A stretch of 64,000 nucleotides of DNA, taken from the sequence record PQ511146.1; one strand, written 5' to 3'. Position 1 is the first letter of the stretch, and every line of letters begins with the position of its first letter. This stretch comes from Escherichia phage NHEP1. Position numbers and translations under genes: made by a program. Below are positions 10,425-17,835 of the stretch, one piece after another. A model generated the notes under the pieces. That model did no database searches. It was given only the letters and a program-made list of their open reading frames with translations, and had not been told where the DNA came from.

Positions 10425-10445
10425 GCAGCTATACAGCTAACGGGG
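10425..10445 (-). terminator. rho-independent terminator
   Basis: Plus strand AAAAAA-CCCCG...CGGGG; on the minus strand a GC stem followed by UUUUUU, downstream of gene 10502-10771. Confidence 0.45.
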
Positions 10446-10501
10446 CGGGTTAAAATTGAGTAACCTAAATAGATCGAAACTAACTAAAAGGAGACTAATA
10501 C

Positions 10502-10771
10502 TTATCGAGGCACTCGGTGGATGATTCTGACAGTAACCGCATTCTCATTCATCAAGTAAGCATCCACATCTCTGTAAATATAAAACTTCTGCTCGCTATC
10601 AACAACACAAGCTACTGCCCCTTCAGAGTTGTCTTCAAAGAAGACCACAACTGCATCGCAGCTTAGTTCATGATACGACTCTCGAAGATTTACAGCAAGA
10701 GGGTTGAAATCGTCACGAAGATCTAAAGTATGGGTTGGATTTACACGTTCTACAATTTTAAGTGTATACAT
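10502..10771 (-). CDS. hypothetical protein (ERVNPxHTL N-terminal motif)
   Basis: 89-aa ORF with AAGGAA RBS; N-terminus shares ERVNP(T/V)HTL motif and an 11-nt identical core with ORF 52482-52763. Confidence 0.5.
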   Translation of the reverse strand: MYTLKIVERVNPTHTLDLRDDFNPLAVNLRESYHELSCDAVVVFFEDNSEGAVACVVDSEQKFYIYRDVDAYLMNENAVTVRIIHRVPR

Positions 10772-10817
10772 TTTAAAGGTTCCTTTTGTGTGTATATATT
10801 TAAAGTATAACTAAAGG

Positions 10818-10894
10818 TGGTCTCCACGGAGTGATTCGAACACTCGACCTCCTGATCCCAAATCAGGCGCTCTACCAAGCTGAGCTACGCGGAG
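10818..10894 (-). tRNA. tRNA-Pro (anticodon UGG)
   Basis: Manual fold of minus strand: 7-bp acceptor (one GU), D stem GCTC/GAGC, anticodon stem CCTGA/TCAGG, loop TTTGGGA, T stem GAGTG/CACTC with TTCGAAT loop, encoded CCA. Confidence 0.85.
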
Positions 10895-10905
10895 TATTTA
10901 TTATT

Positions 10906-10980
10906 TGGTGGCCCTGGGTGGAATTGAACCACCGTCTGGCGATTATGAGTCGCTTGCTTGAACCTTCCAGCTACAGGGCC
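10906..10980 (-). tRNA. tRNA-Met or tRNA-Ile2 (anticodon CAU)
   Basis: Manual fold: acceptor GGCCCTG/CAGGGCC, anticodon loop CTCATAA, T arm GGTGG-TTCAATT-CCACC, encoded CCA. Confidence 0.75.
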
Positions 10981-10981
10981 A

Positions 10982-11057
10982 TGGTGCTGATGGCAGGACT
11001 TGAACCTGCAACCTATTGATTACAAATCAATTGCACTACCAATTGTGCTACATCAGC
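10982..11057 (-). tRNA. tRNA-Thr (anticodon UGU)
   Basis: Manual fold: acceptor GCTGATG/CATCAGC, D stem GCAC/GTGC, anticodon stem ATTGA/TCAAT with loop TTTGTAA, T arm GCAGG-TTCAAGT-CCTGC, CCA. Confidence 0.85.
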
Positions 11058-11063
11058 AAAAGG

Positions 11064-11160
11064 TGCTAGGTGATGGAATCGAACCACCTATGTATTCAAC
11101 GACTACCTCGTCTATTTTCAGGATTAAAAATCCTCGCCCTTGCCAAAGGGCTTACCTAGC
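11064..11160 (-). tRNA. atypical tRNA-like gene (anticodon-loop-like UUUUUAA, possible tRNA-Lys-UUU variant or pseudogene) with about 30-nt extra region
   Basis: Good acceptor (GCTAGGT/ACCTAGC), D arm (GCCC-TTTGGCAA-GGGC) and T arm (GGTGG-TTCGATT-CCATC), but only a 4-bp anticodon stem (AGGA/TCCT), 97 nt long, no encoded CCA. Confidence 0.4.
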
Positions 11161-11258
11161 GCAATATGTCGACCATGTGGCTAGTCGGCGATGACGACTG
11201 TAACATTTGATAATCCGGTTCTGCTTCCGGCTTTCGCTTAATTACAAGGTCAACAATG

Positions 11259-11349
11259 TGGCGGAGAGTAATGGAATCGAACCATCATCGAGTCATCCTC
11301 AACGGGACGGTTTTCAAGACCGCTTGAGCACCATTGCTCCCTACCCTCC
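11259..11349 (-). tRNA. tRNA-Ser (anticodon UGA), class II
   Basis: Manual fold: acceptor GGAGGGT/ACTCTCC (one GU), anticodon stem GCGGT/ACCGT with loop CTTGAAA, long variable arm, T arm GATGG-TTCGATT-CCATT, encoded CCA. Confidence 0.75.
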
Positions 11350-11463
11350 TTTATAAATTACACTGATAATGACACTGATTTTCGAGCAGTTAGTGACTAG
11401 TATAAACGACGATAAATATCAATGTCATTATCTGTATGATTTATGCATTTAAAAATATAAATT

Positions 11464-11551
11464 TGGTGGTGAGTGATGGAGTCGAACCACCCGAATCGCA
11501 ATGATAACAGATTTACAGTCTGCCCCGCTACCCCTACGGAATTAACTCACC
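11464..11551 (-). tRNA. tRNA-Tyr (anticodon GUA), class II
   Basis: Acceptor GGTGAGT/ACTCACC, anticodon stem-loop GCAGA-CTGTAAA-TCTGT (as in E. coli tRNA-Tyr), T arm GGTGG-TTCGACT-CCATC, CCA; D arm could not be cleanly folded by hand. Confidence 0.7.
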
Positions 11552-11681
11552 TAAATACTAATATTTAAATTCTTTTTAAAATAGCTAGTGTTCTAACCAC
11601 TAACTATGAGGTATCGGTAAAGTGGTTACCGCCACTTGCCGAAGATTTACTCTGCTAAAGTAAGCTACATTAAAAAGAACT

Positions 11682-11756
11682 TGGCACCCCGTACTGGACT
11701 CGAACCAGTGTCAACGGCTTAGAAGGCCGCTGCTTTATCCACTAAGCTAACAGGGC
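11682..11756 (-). tRNA. tRNA-Arg (anticodon UCU)
   Basis: Acceptor GCCCTGT/ACGGGGT (two wobble pairs), D arm GCTT-AGTGGATA-AAGC, anticodon stem GCGGC/GCCGT with loop CTTCTAA, T arm ACTGG-TTCGAGT-CCAGT, CCA. Confidence 0.75.
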
Positions 11757-11852
11757 ACTGGGTGGCTTTCTTTTACACCTGAGCCGCCAGAAAAGGTGGG
11801 AGACCATGTTTATAATATTACACTGTTAGGCAAAGTTTGTCAAGAAAATATT

Positions 11853-12191
11853 TTAACTATTGCCAACAGGCTGTATTTCTGTGGTAAATGGCATAAAAGG
11901 TGCTGGTTTTTCAGCCTCTTCCACTACCACCTCTTCCTCTTCACCAAACATCTCATCATATTCTTCCTGCATTCGGTCTGCCTTATCAAGAACATACTCT
12001 GCAATGCTTTGACGAATATTTTGTTTGGTTTTCGGGTCCAACATCAGCTCTCTTAAAACTTTGTGAGCTTCTGGAACCATCGCTATAAAAGATTCCTTCA
12101 TATCAAGAATGTTCTTCTCTAGCTGAATGGCGTTGGACTCCTCTTTCAGAGGTCTGCCTCTACGGCGACGCTTTTTAGTTGTATCCGCCAT
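11853..12191 (-). CDS. hypothetical protein with basic AT-hook-like N-terminus (KKRRRRGRP) and acidic C-terminus
   Basis: ORF 11853-12311 trimmed to ATG at 12189-12191 (MADTTKK...) with GGAGG RBS; the longer start would overlap its own promoter. Confidence 0.5.
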   Translation of the reverse strand: MADTTKKRRRRGRPLKEESNAIQLEKNILDMKESFIAMVPEAHKVLRELMLDPKTKQNIRQSIAEYVLDKADRMQEEYDEMFGEEEEVVVEEAEKPAPFMPFTTEIQPVGNS

Positions 12192-12219
12192 GTTTCCTCC
12201 ATTATCACGTGATAGGTGG

Positions 12220-12248
12220 ATTTTATCACGGCAAATACTGATTGTCAA
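12220..12248 (-). promoter_or_regulatory. sigma70-like promoter with palindromic operator
   Basis: Minus strand TTGACA (12243-12248) N17 TAAAAT (12220-12225), followed by perfect palindrome ATCACGTGAT (plus 12204-12213) before the RBS. Confidence 0.5.
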
Positions 12249-12536
12249 GTTCGCCGCAGGGTGGTATTCCCTGCGACTTGCCCAGCGTCCTGGACCAGCA
12301 AGACCCAACAAGTGGGTTACCAGATACCCATTACCGCGCTCTGGCTCGACCTTATTACAGGTTGGCTGGGGTCACATCGTCATGTGCTGGCTGCCCCTAC
12401 CATTTTAAGTGTGGTGCACTATCAAGCCCTCTAAGGGGAACTCAGCCTTCTCCGAACCCTGTTTCAAAGCATCCGGAGATAAAGCCATCAAACTCATCTT
12501 TAAATTGGATATTCATCATGATACACGAAAACAACC

Positions 12537-12779
12537 TCATTGTAAAGCACAAATAAATAAAACATACTTAATTTGTTTGTTATCAGGCTCAGGGTAGAAG
12601 TAGAAGATCTTGCTATCACCGATCTGAACACCACCATCCCAACAGCATAACCCATAACCAGTATTCATACAAGCTAAGTCGTTGGCAAAATCTATTGCAT
12701 CATCTAGTGCACGAAATTCACCTTCATCTTCTAAATAATCCTCATTCATGGAACGGAAAACGAGCTTAACCTTAAACAT
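12537..12779 (-). CDS. hypothetical protein
   Basis: 80-aa minus-strand ORF, acidic; no motif. Confidence 0.4.
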   Translation of the reverse strand: MFKVKLVFRSMNEDYLEDEGEFRALDDAIDFANDLACMNTGYGLCCWDGGVQIGDSKIFYFYPEPDNKQIKYVLFICALQ

Positions 12780-12855
12780 AGCATTACCTGTAGACCTCGT
12801 AAGTTAAAATTGTATCACATCATATTGCAGATCTTATCAGGTAACATTATTTTTG

Positions 12856-13044
12856 TCAACAGATTCCGGCCTTATCCCTCCTGTCTGCGTATTCTTTAAT
12901 CGCAACCTCACCTGCATTGGTAACCAGATCTTCAAAGTAATTCTCAAGCTCCTCGTCAATGTCCGGTGACCAGCTCTTTTTCCTGTCAGTGTGAATTGCA
13001 GACTTGTTGAACTTATTACAATTCTTTGCTACCGGATTGTTCAT
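12856..13044 (-). CDS. hypothetical protein
   Basis: 62-aa minus-strand ORF. Confidence 0.35.
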   Translation of the reverse strand: MNNPVAKNCNKFNKSAIHTDRKKSWSPDIDEELENYFEDLVTNAGEVAIKEYADRRDKAGIC

Positions 13045-13054
13045 TAAGCTCTCC

Positions 13055-13633
13055 TCAACGTTCGTAGTAAATCTTATTCAACATTACCTCATCGTTTGCA
13101 GAAAGGATATCAAGATATGCATCACCAAATCTGCCTGCAACAACCTCTGCATGATACATCACTTCGTTAACATCGTCAAGAGTGATAACCGGATGACCAT
13201 ATCTTTCTGAATATTGTCTCAGTGTGCGATGTAACGAGTCGTCATCATATGCAGACTTTTTAATATCACAAACACGACGAATGGCCTTGATGTCGAAAAA
13301 ACCTGTGCGATACCACCCAAGAAAAAAGTTCCGTGTAGTGTCAACATCTACATCAATACCATTAAGAACCTTATCTACAAGATAGCTGTCATCCTTTGGA
13401 CTAGCGTCCTTAGTGCGAATGTAGTTGCCATCTTTTCCAGGTGATAGCTCCTTCTCATCACCAACCTGCATGCCATCATTTGGCGGTGTTAGCCACTTAT
13501 CAGGATGCTTACGATCACGAGCGTTAGAATGATTACGCTGGAAACCTGGCTTCCACTTGAAAGTTTTCTCCATCTGTTCTTCATTCTGATAACGTTTTGC
13601 AATCTTTTCACTGGCATCTTTGCGTGAACTCAT
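13055..13633 (-). CDS. hypothetical protein
   Basis: 192-aa minus-strand ORF with AGGAG near start; no motif recognised. Confidence 0.5.
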   Translation of the reverse strand: MSSRKDASEKIAKRYQNEEQMEKTFKWKPGFQRNHSNARDRKHPDKWLTPPNDGMQVGDEKELSPGKDGNYIRTKDASPKDDSYLVDKVLNGIDVDVDTTRNFFLGWYRTGFFDIKAIRRVCDIKKSAYDDDSLHRTLRQYSERYGHPVITLDDVNEVMYHAEVVAGRFGDAYLDILSANDEVMLNKIYYER

Positions 13634-13740
13634 AGCAGACTCCTCTTCAAGTTATAGAAAAACTCACTGTATCGCTTTGTAACGAGCTTTTCTATCAAAC
13701 TGGTGCGATTGCCTTACTTGGTATAGTTTATATAGCTGTG

Positions 13741-13990
13741 GAGCGATTTAGGGGCCTTCTTGTCAGTTTCCACACATAAACTTTATCCGAACTCGCGCGG
13801 GAGGCTCTCAACCGACTCCTTCCGGCGCTGGCAAGCTTTCGTCGGTGGTCCACATTAGTGCTCGGCCTTTGGCCTGCGCTATCGCTTCGCTCCCACACAT
13901 GTTAACAGTCCTGCATGTATGCACTTCTGTTATTGTGTGCACTATGGAGGCCCGGCATCTCGCCCCTCGTAGGCGAGTGCCAATGAAGGG
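13741..13990. other. GC-rich ORF-free island (candidate structured RNA or eroded gene)
   Basis: About 250 bp visibly GC-enriched in an AT-rich genome, no ORF of 60 aa or more in any frame; nested hairpins such as GGCCC...CTCGCC-CCTCGTA-GGCGAG...GGGCC. Confidence 0.3.
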
Positions 13991-14141
13991 CCGACACTAC
14001 CCATGATAAGTAATAAATTTAAAACATGGTACTTAGGATCTAGTATATTCTACATAAGTTAAGTATATGTACTTTAGTACCATAAGTACTAGATCTTTTA
14101 TTTTTTTTTATTATTTAGTTATTTTAGTTATATTCTTTATG

Positions 14142-14224
14142 TGTCCGTATCACGGACAGTTAGTGTCCGTATTACGGGCAGATGTGTCCGCGTGACGGAC
14201 AGTGGTGTCCGTATCACGGACAGT
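14142..14224. repeat. four-copy array of 18-bp palindromic iterons (TGTCCGTATCACGGACAG family)
   Basis: Copies at 14142-14159, 14165-14182, 14186-14203, 14207-14224 (first and last identical, two with 2-3 substitutions); each an inverted repeat; AT-rich tract 14095-14140 upstream. Confidence 0.8.
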
Positions 14225-14297
14225 TACTAACCTCTGTGCCATAGTGAACATAAAACATACAAATCCTTATAGTACAGATGTTTAAGTTTTTACTGGT

Positions 14298-14648
14298 CTA
14301 ACCAGTTGTTGACATTCGAATAACTTCTTCTGGTGGCAAAACTTTGGAAAATGTGCATCTTTTACCTCTCCCTTGTGTGGATATTTCAACCACTCCTGCA
14401 CATTCTAAAGTTTTAACGCACGCTGCTGCTTTTGTTTTCTTTATCCCAACATCTGCTGCAATTTTCCTTGTGCTGGGTGTGAAGCGTGAATTTTCTCCAA
14501 GCTTATACCAGTTGTGCAGGTAGCAGTATACAATCTTGTCATATAAGTCAAGAACAACAACCTCCCCAGTCGTGTCATTCAAAACTTTTGACATAGACAG
14601 TATTTCAAGGGGGACTTTAAGATATAGCAGCTTATCCCCATCTTTCAT
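14298..14648 (-). CDS. putative DNA-binding protein (helix-turn-helix)
   Basis: 116 aa; HTH-like segment TRKIAADVGIKKTKAAACVKTLECAGVV; gene ends 74 nt from the iteron array. Confidence 0.4.
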   Translation of the reverse strand: MKDGDKLLYLKVPLEILSMSKVLNDTTGEVVVLDLYDKIVYCYLHNWYKLGENSRFTPSTRKIAADVGIKKTKAAACVKTLECAGVVEISTQGRGKRCTFSKVLPPEEVIRMSTTG

Positions 14649-14695
14649 ATCTTCTGATTCTCCTTGTGTGGCAATTTTCTTTAAAATAGCAGGGA

Positions 14696-15250
14696 TTACT
14701 CCCCGCTGTCAATAGCAAGACTCATTGCAATACGGTATGCCTCTTCTAATGGTAAGAGTCTCCCCCACACATCCCAACCGACATCAAACTGCCTGCCAAA
14801 CAACTGCTGCGTGGTTCCGTGAGCATGACCGAACAGTTGGACTGATCCGTGAGGCTTTCTGTTCCACTTTGCAAACTGGTAATGGCTCATACAGATCAAA
14901 TTCTTGTTGTGGCGAAGCTCGTAATAATCTACAACCTCATGACCGAACTCTTTCATAATTCTGACAGTCGTCCTTGTGTCATGGTTACCACGAACAAGAA
15001 TAATATGTCCGTTCAACATATTTAGAACATCTGGAAGCAATTTGTTGATATTCTTATCATTAGTGCACGCAATATCCCCCAAGTGAAACACAGTGTCTGC
15101 AGGTGACACAACAGAGTTCCACTTGGTGATGATTCCCGCATTCATACTGTCAAGATTGTGATCATACTGAGATCTGTGTTTTTGACATGAGTCGAACTCC
15201 ATTACCCGCTGGTGGAGAAAGTGTGTGTCGCTTGTTACAAAGTATTTCAT
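14696..15250 (-). CDS. calcineurin-like metallophosphoesterase (RNA/DNA end-healing phosphatase candidate)
   Basis: ORF trimmed to ATG 15248-15250 (MKYFVTSDTHF...); motifs SDTHF, GDIA, GNHD typical of the metallophosphoesterase fold. Confidence 0.7.
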   Translation of the reverse strand: MKYFVTSDTHFLHQRVMEFDSCQKHRSQYDHNLDSMNAGIITKWNSVVSPADTVFHLGDIACTNDKNINKLLPDVLNMLNGHIILVRGNHDTRTTVRIMKEFGHEVVDYYELRHNKNLICMSHYQFAKWNRKPHGSVQLFGHAHGTTQQLFGRQFDVGWDVWGRLLPLEEAYRIAMSLAIDSGE

Positions 15251-15257
15251 ACATTCC

Positions 15258-15668
15258 TCATTTAAGTTTAATGCAGTTTTTAAGCTGGCGTTCCATACGA
15301 TCCACAACCCTGTCTGGAACATCATGAATGCTTTTATTACCATGGCGGTTTTCAACCACGATCACGGTATAACTATATCCATGACTGATCGCCATGTCAA
15401 TATATTCTTGCACATATTTTTCTTTTGTAAACGTATTACTTACCACGATACGGTCGTAGCCCATACGCATCATATCTTCTACGTTATCTTTGCACCATTT
15501 TGCTGCAAGTGTTACTTTACTTGCATCCCAATTGTAATTGCCGTCATCGTCGTACCAGAACATATCGTTCTCAAAATGTGGATACAGACCTTCTAAAGAT
15601 AGCGCATTTGCCAGTGTTGATTTGCCAGACCCTGGTAGACCACGCACGATATATAGCATTTTAGACAT
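15258..15668 (-). CDS. P-loop polynucleotide kinase-like protein
   Basis: ORF trimmed to MSKMLYIVRGLPGSGKST; Walker A and overall layout resemble the T4 PNK kinase domain; directly upstream of the phosphoesterase. Confidence 0.6.
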   Translation of the reverse strand: MSKMLYIVRGLPGSGKSTLANALSLEGLYPHFENDMFWYDDDGNYNWDASKVTLAAKWCKDNVEDMMRMGYDRIVVSNTFTKEKYVQEYIDMAISHGYSYTVIVVENRHGNKSIHDVPDRVVDRMERQLKNCIKLK

Positions 15669-15786
15669 AGTAACTCTCCGTTTTAATTTTAATGATAGTA
15701 TACCTAACTGTTTTGTTAATTTCAAGTGTTGACACCAGGTTATTTGTGTGGCAGAATAAAGGGACAAAATGACAAATGAGGAATGT

Positions 15787-16704
15787 ATGATGAAGTATTT
15801 TAATGCAGACGACCTAGTTGACAAAGGTCTTGTAACCAGCAGATATTACCCGGATCTTGGGTTAAAGATCTATAAATATGCCAGAAAAGTATTCTACAAC
15901 AATTTATGGCATTTGTCTCATCGTTTGCTGGAGTGCCGAGGCATTGTTGTCGGTAATGAAGGAAATGTTGTGGCATGGCCCTTCACAAAAGTGTTTAACT
16001 TGGGAGAAAATTCCACCAACCTGCCTGACAATAAACTTGTGACGGCGGTAGAGAAAAAGAACGGATTCCTTGGTGTGGTATCATCTCATAAAGGTGAACT
16101 ATTGTTCTCAACAACCGGGTCTCTTGATTCTCCATATTGTAACCTTGCAAAGGAAACAATCCATGAGCAATGTGGTAATTTAGATCTTATCAAGAGGGTT
16201 ATGGGCCATGAAAACATGACATTCATGTTTGAAATTTGTCACCCTTCAGATCCGCATATTGTTCAGGAAGATCATGGCGCATATTTGATAGGTTGCAGAT
16301 ATAATGATTCTGGAATAATGCTACCAGAAGCAGCTTTAGATGGGATTGCCAAATACCTTGGTGCAAAACGTCCTCACACTGTGCGTGAAATTCCGTTCAG
16401 CTATGCAAAAGAATTAGCTGCAGAAACAAGAGGTGAAGGGTATATGATTCGTAAGCCTTACTACCCTTATGATCTGCAGCTGAAGATCAAGTCTCCATAC
16501 TATTTGGCACGGAAGGCCGTAATGAGGGGTAAAGCTTGGAAGATTTGGGATGATGATATCTTTAAACGTGTTGACGAAGAGTTTTATGGCATGGTAAACT
16601 TCATTCGTAGCAATTACACAGAAGATGTGTGGAACTGCCTCCTGGAGCAAGAACGTCGTGAGATACTTGACTGCTATTTCCACAACGAGGACTATATGCA
16701 ATGA
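15787..16704 (+). CDS. RNA ligase-like nucleotidyltransferase
   Basis: GAGGA RBS then ATG 15787; motif I-like EKKNGF (KxNG), motif IV-like EGYMIRK, downstream KIKSP; divergent from the kinase/phosphatase pair. Confidence 0.55.
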   Translation: MMKYFNADDLVDKGLVTSRYYPDLGLKIYKYARKVFYNNLWHLSHRLLECRGIVVGNEGNVVAWPFTKVFNLGENSTNLPDNKLVTAVEKKNGFLGVVSSHKGELLFSTTGSLDSPYCNLAKETIHEQCGNLDLIKRVMGHENMTFMFEICHPSDPHIVQEDHGAYLIGCRYNDSGIMLPEAALDGIAKYLGAKRPHTVREIPFSYAKELAAETRGEGYMIRKPYYPYDLQLKIKSPYYLARKAVMRGKAWKIWDDDIFKRVDEEFYGMVNFIRSNYTEDVWNCLLEQERREILDCYFHNEDYMQ

Positions 16705-17051
16705 AGAAGTTGATTGTGTGGCTGGATGACTTGAGAGATCCGTCAAATTATGGGCTCCCAGATGCTCTTTGGCTAAAGAATTCCTCTGAGTTTATGGATT
16801 TTATTAACGATAATGGAAAGCTCTACAGGCGCGTTTCTGAGTGGCACATGGACAACGACCTTGGAGAGGTATTTGAAGGGTACGATTGCCTATCTATGCT
16901 GGAGGAAAAATTTGTATTTGGTAAGCCTCCTGTAGTTGACAACGTGAAGATTTTCGTGCATACTTCTAACCCATCAGCGGCTCGTAAATTCATGCTTGCT
17001 GCTGACTCGTTTAAAAAGTTTGGAATAGAGATTAAACAAAACATCTACTGA
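16701..17051 (+). CDS. hypothetical protein
   Basis: 116-aa ORF overlapping stop of RNA ligase gene (coupled); no confident motif. Confidence 0.45.
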   Translation: MKKLIVWLDDLRDPSNYGLPDALWLKNSSEFMDFINDNGKLYRRVSEWHMDNDLGEVFEGYDCLSMLEEKFVFGKPPVVDNVKIFVHTSNPSAARKFMLAADSFKKFGIEIKQNIY

Positions 17052-17059
17052 GGACACTT

Positions 17060-17821
17060 ATGCGACGACTGATCATTATCTCCGGTGCTGGTTTGAGCGC
17101 TGAATCTGGTATCCCCACTTTCCGATCTGGTGGCACTGCAATGTGGGAGAATTTCAGCATCGATGAGGTGTGTAACATCCACACCTTTGCCAAGAACTAC
17201 TATAAGGTGCATGACTTTTACAATGCACGGCGTGTAGCTCTGGGCAGTGTTGATCCTAACCTTGCACATCTCCGGATCGCTGAGTGGTATTCACGCTGGT
17301 CTGGTCGTGTGATCAACCTGACAACCAATGTAGATGATTTGCTGGAGCGTGCTGGTGTAAAACATGAAGATATTTTACATGTCCACGGATATTTGCCAGA
17401 AATAGTCTACGAGGATGATGAAGGGAGTGACGTCATTAAAGACATTGGATACTCTGAGGTAGACGCAAGCAAGTATACTTGGGTTAAGCCTAATGTAGTG
17501 TTTTTCGGAGAAGTAGCTCCAAAGTATACAGACATGTATGACCTGTTGACTTCTCTGACGAGCAATGATATGGTTATCCTTGTAGGGTGCTCCAACACAG
17601 TTATCAATTTTAACTGGGAGCTATTTCCTGCCTGTAATAAGGGAACCAAACTGCTGATCGTCAACAAATACGACTCACAGCATTTAGGGGAGAATGGCAT
17701 TTCACGTAGTGACATTTACCAGTATGAGGATCGCGGCATCCCAGTTTGGTTTAACGGGGCGGTTGACGCTTTCTCTGATAAAACATTTATTGACATCGTA
17801 GAAAACTTTATGGAACTGTAA
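17060..17821 (+). CDS. Sir2-family (sirtuin-like) NAD-dependent protein
   Basis: N-terminal GAGLSAESGIPTFR (sirtuin Rossmann signature), TTNVDDL (TQNID-like), HVHG motif; GAGGA RBS. Confidence 0.75.
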   Translation: MRRLIIISGAGLSAESGIPTFRSGGTAMWENFSIDEVCNIHTFAKNYYKVHDFYNARRVALGSVDPNLAHLRIAEWYSRWSGRVINLTTNVDDLLERAGVKHEDILHVHGYLPEIVYEDDEGSDVIKDIGYSEVDASKYTWVKPNVVFFGEVAPKYTDMYDLLTSLTSNDMVILVGCSNTVINFNWELFPACNKGTKLLIVNKYDSQHLGENGISRSDIYQYEDRGIPVWFNGAVDAFSDKTFIDIVENFMEL

Positions 17822-17835
17822 GCGGAGGCCTTTTA

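Noticed and set aside
10831-11194. Plus-strand ORFs 10831-11019 and 11000-11194 from the ORF track
   Set aside because: They run antisense across four tRNA genes; the tRNA folds are far better supported than these low-complexity translations.
12127-12597. Four overlapping plus-strand ORFs in the GC-rich island
   Set aside because: They overlap in three frames on the strand opposite to all neighbouring genes, which is typical of GC-rich sequence rather than coding.
14142-14224. Possible CRISPR array
   Set aside because: Only four repeats, each a palindrome, separated by 3-5 bp rather than 25-40-bp spacers; more consistent with protein-binding iterons.
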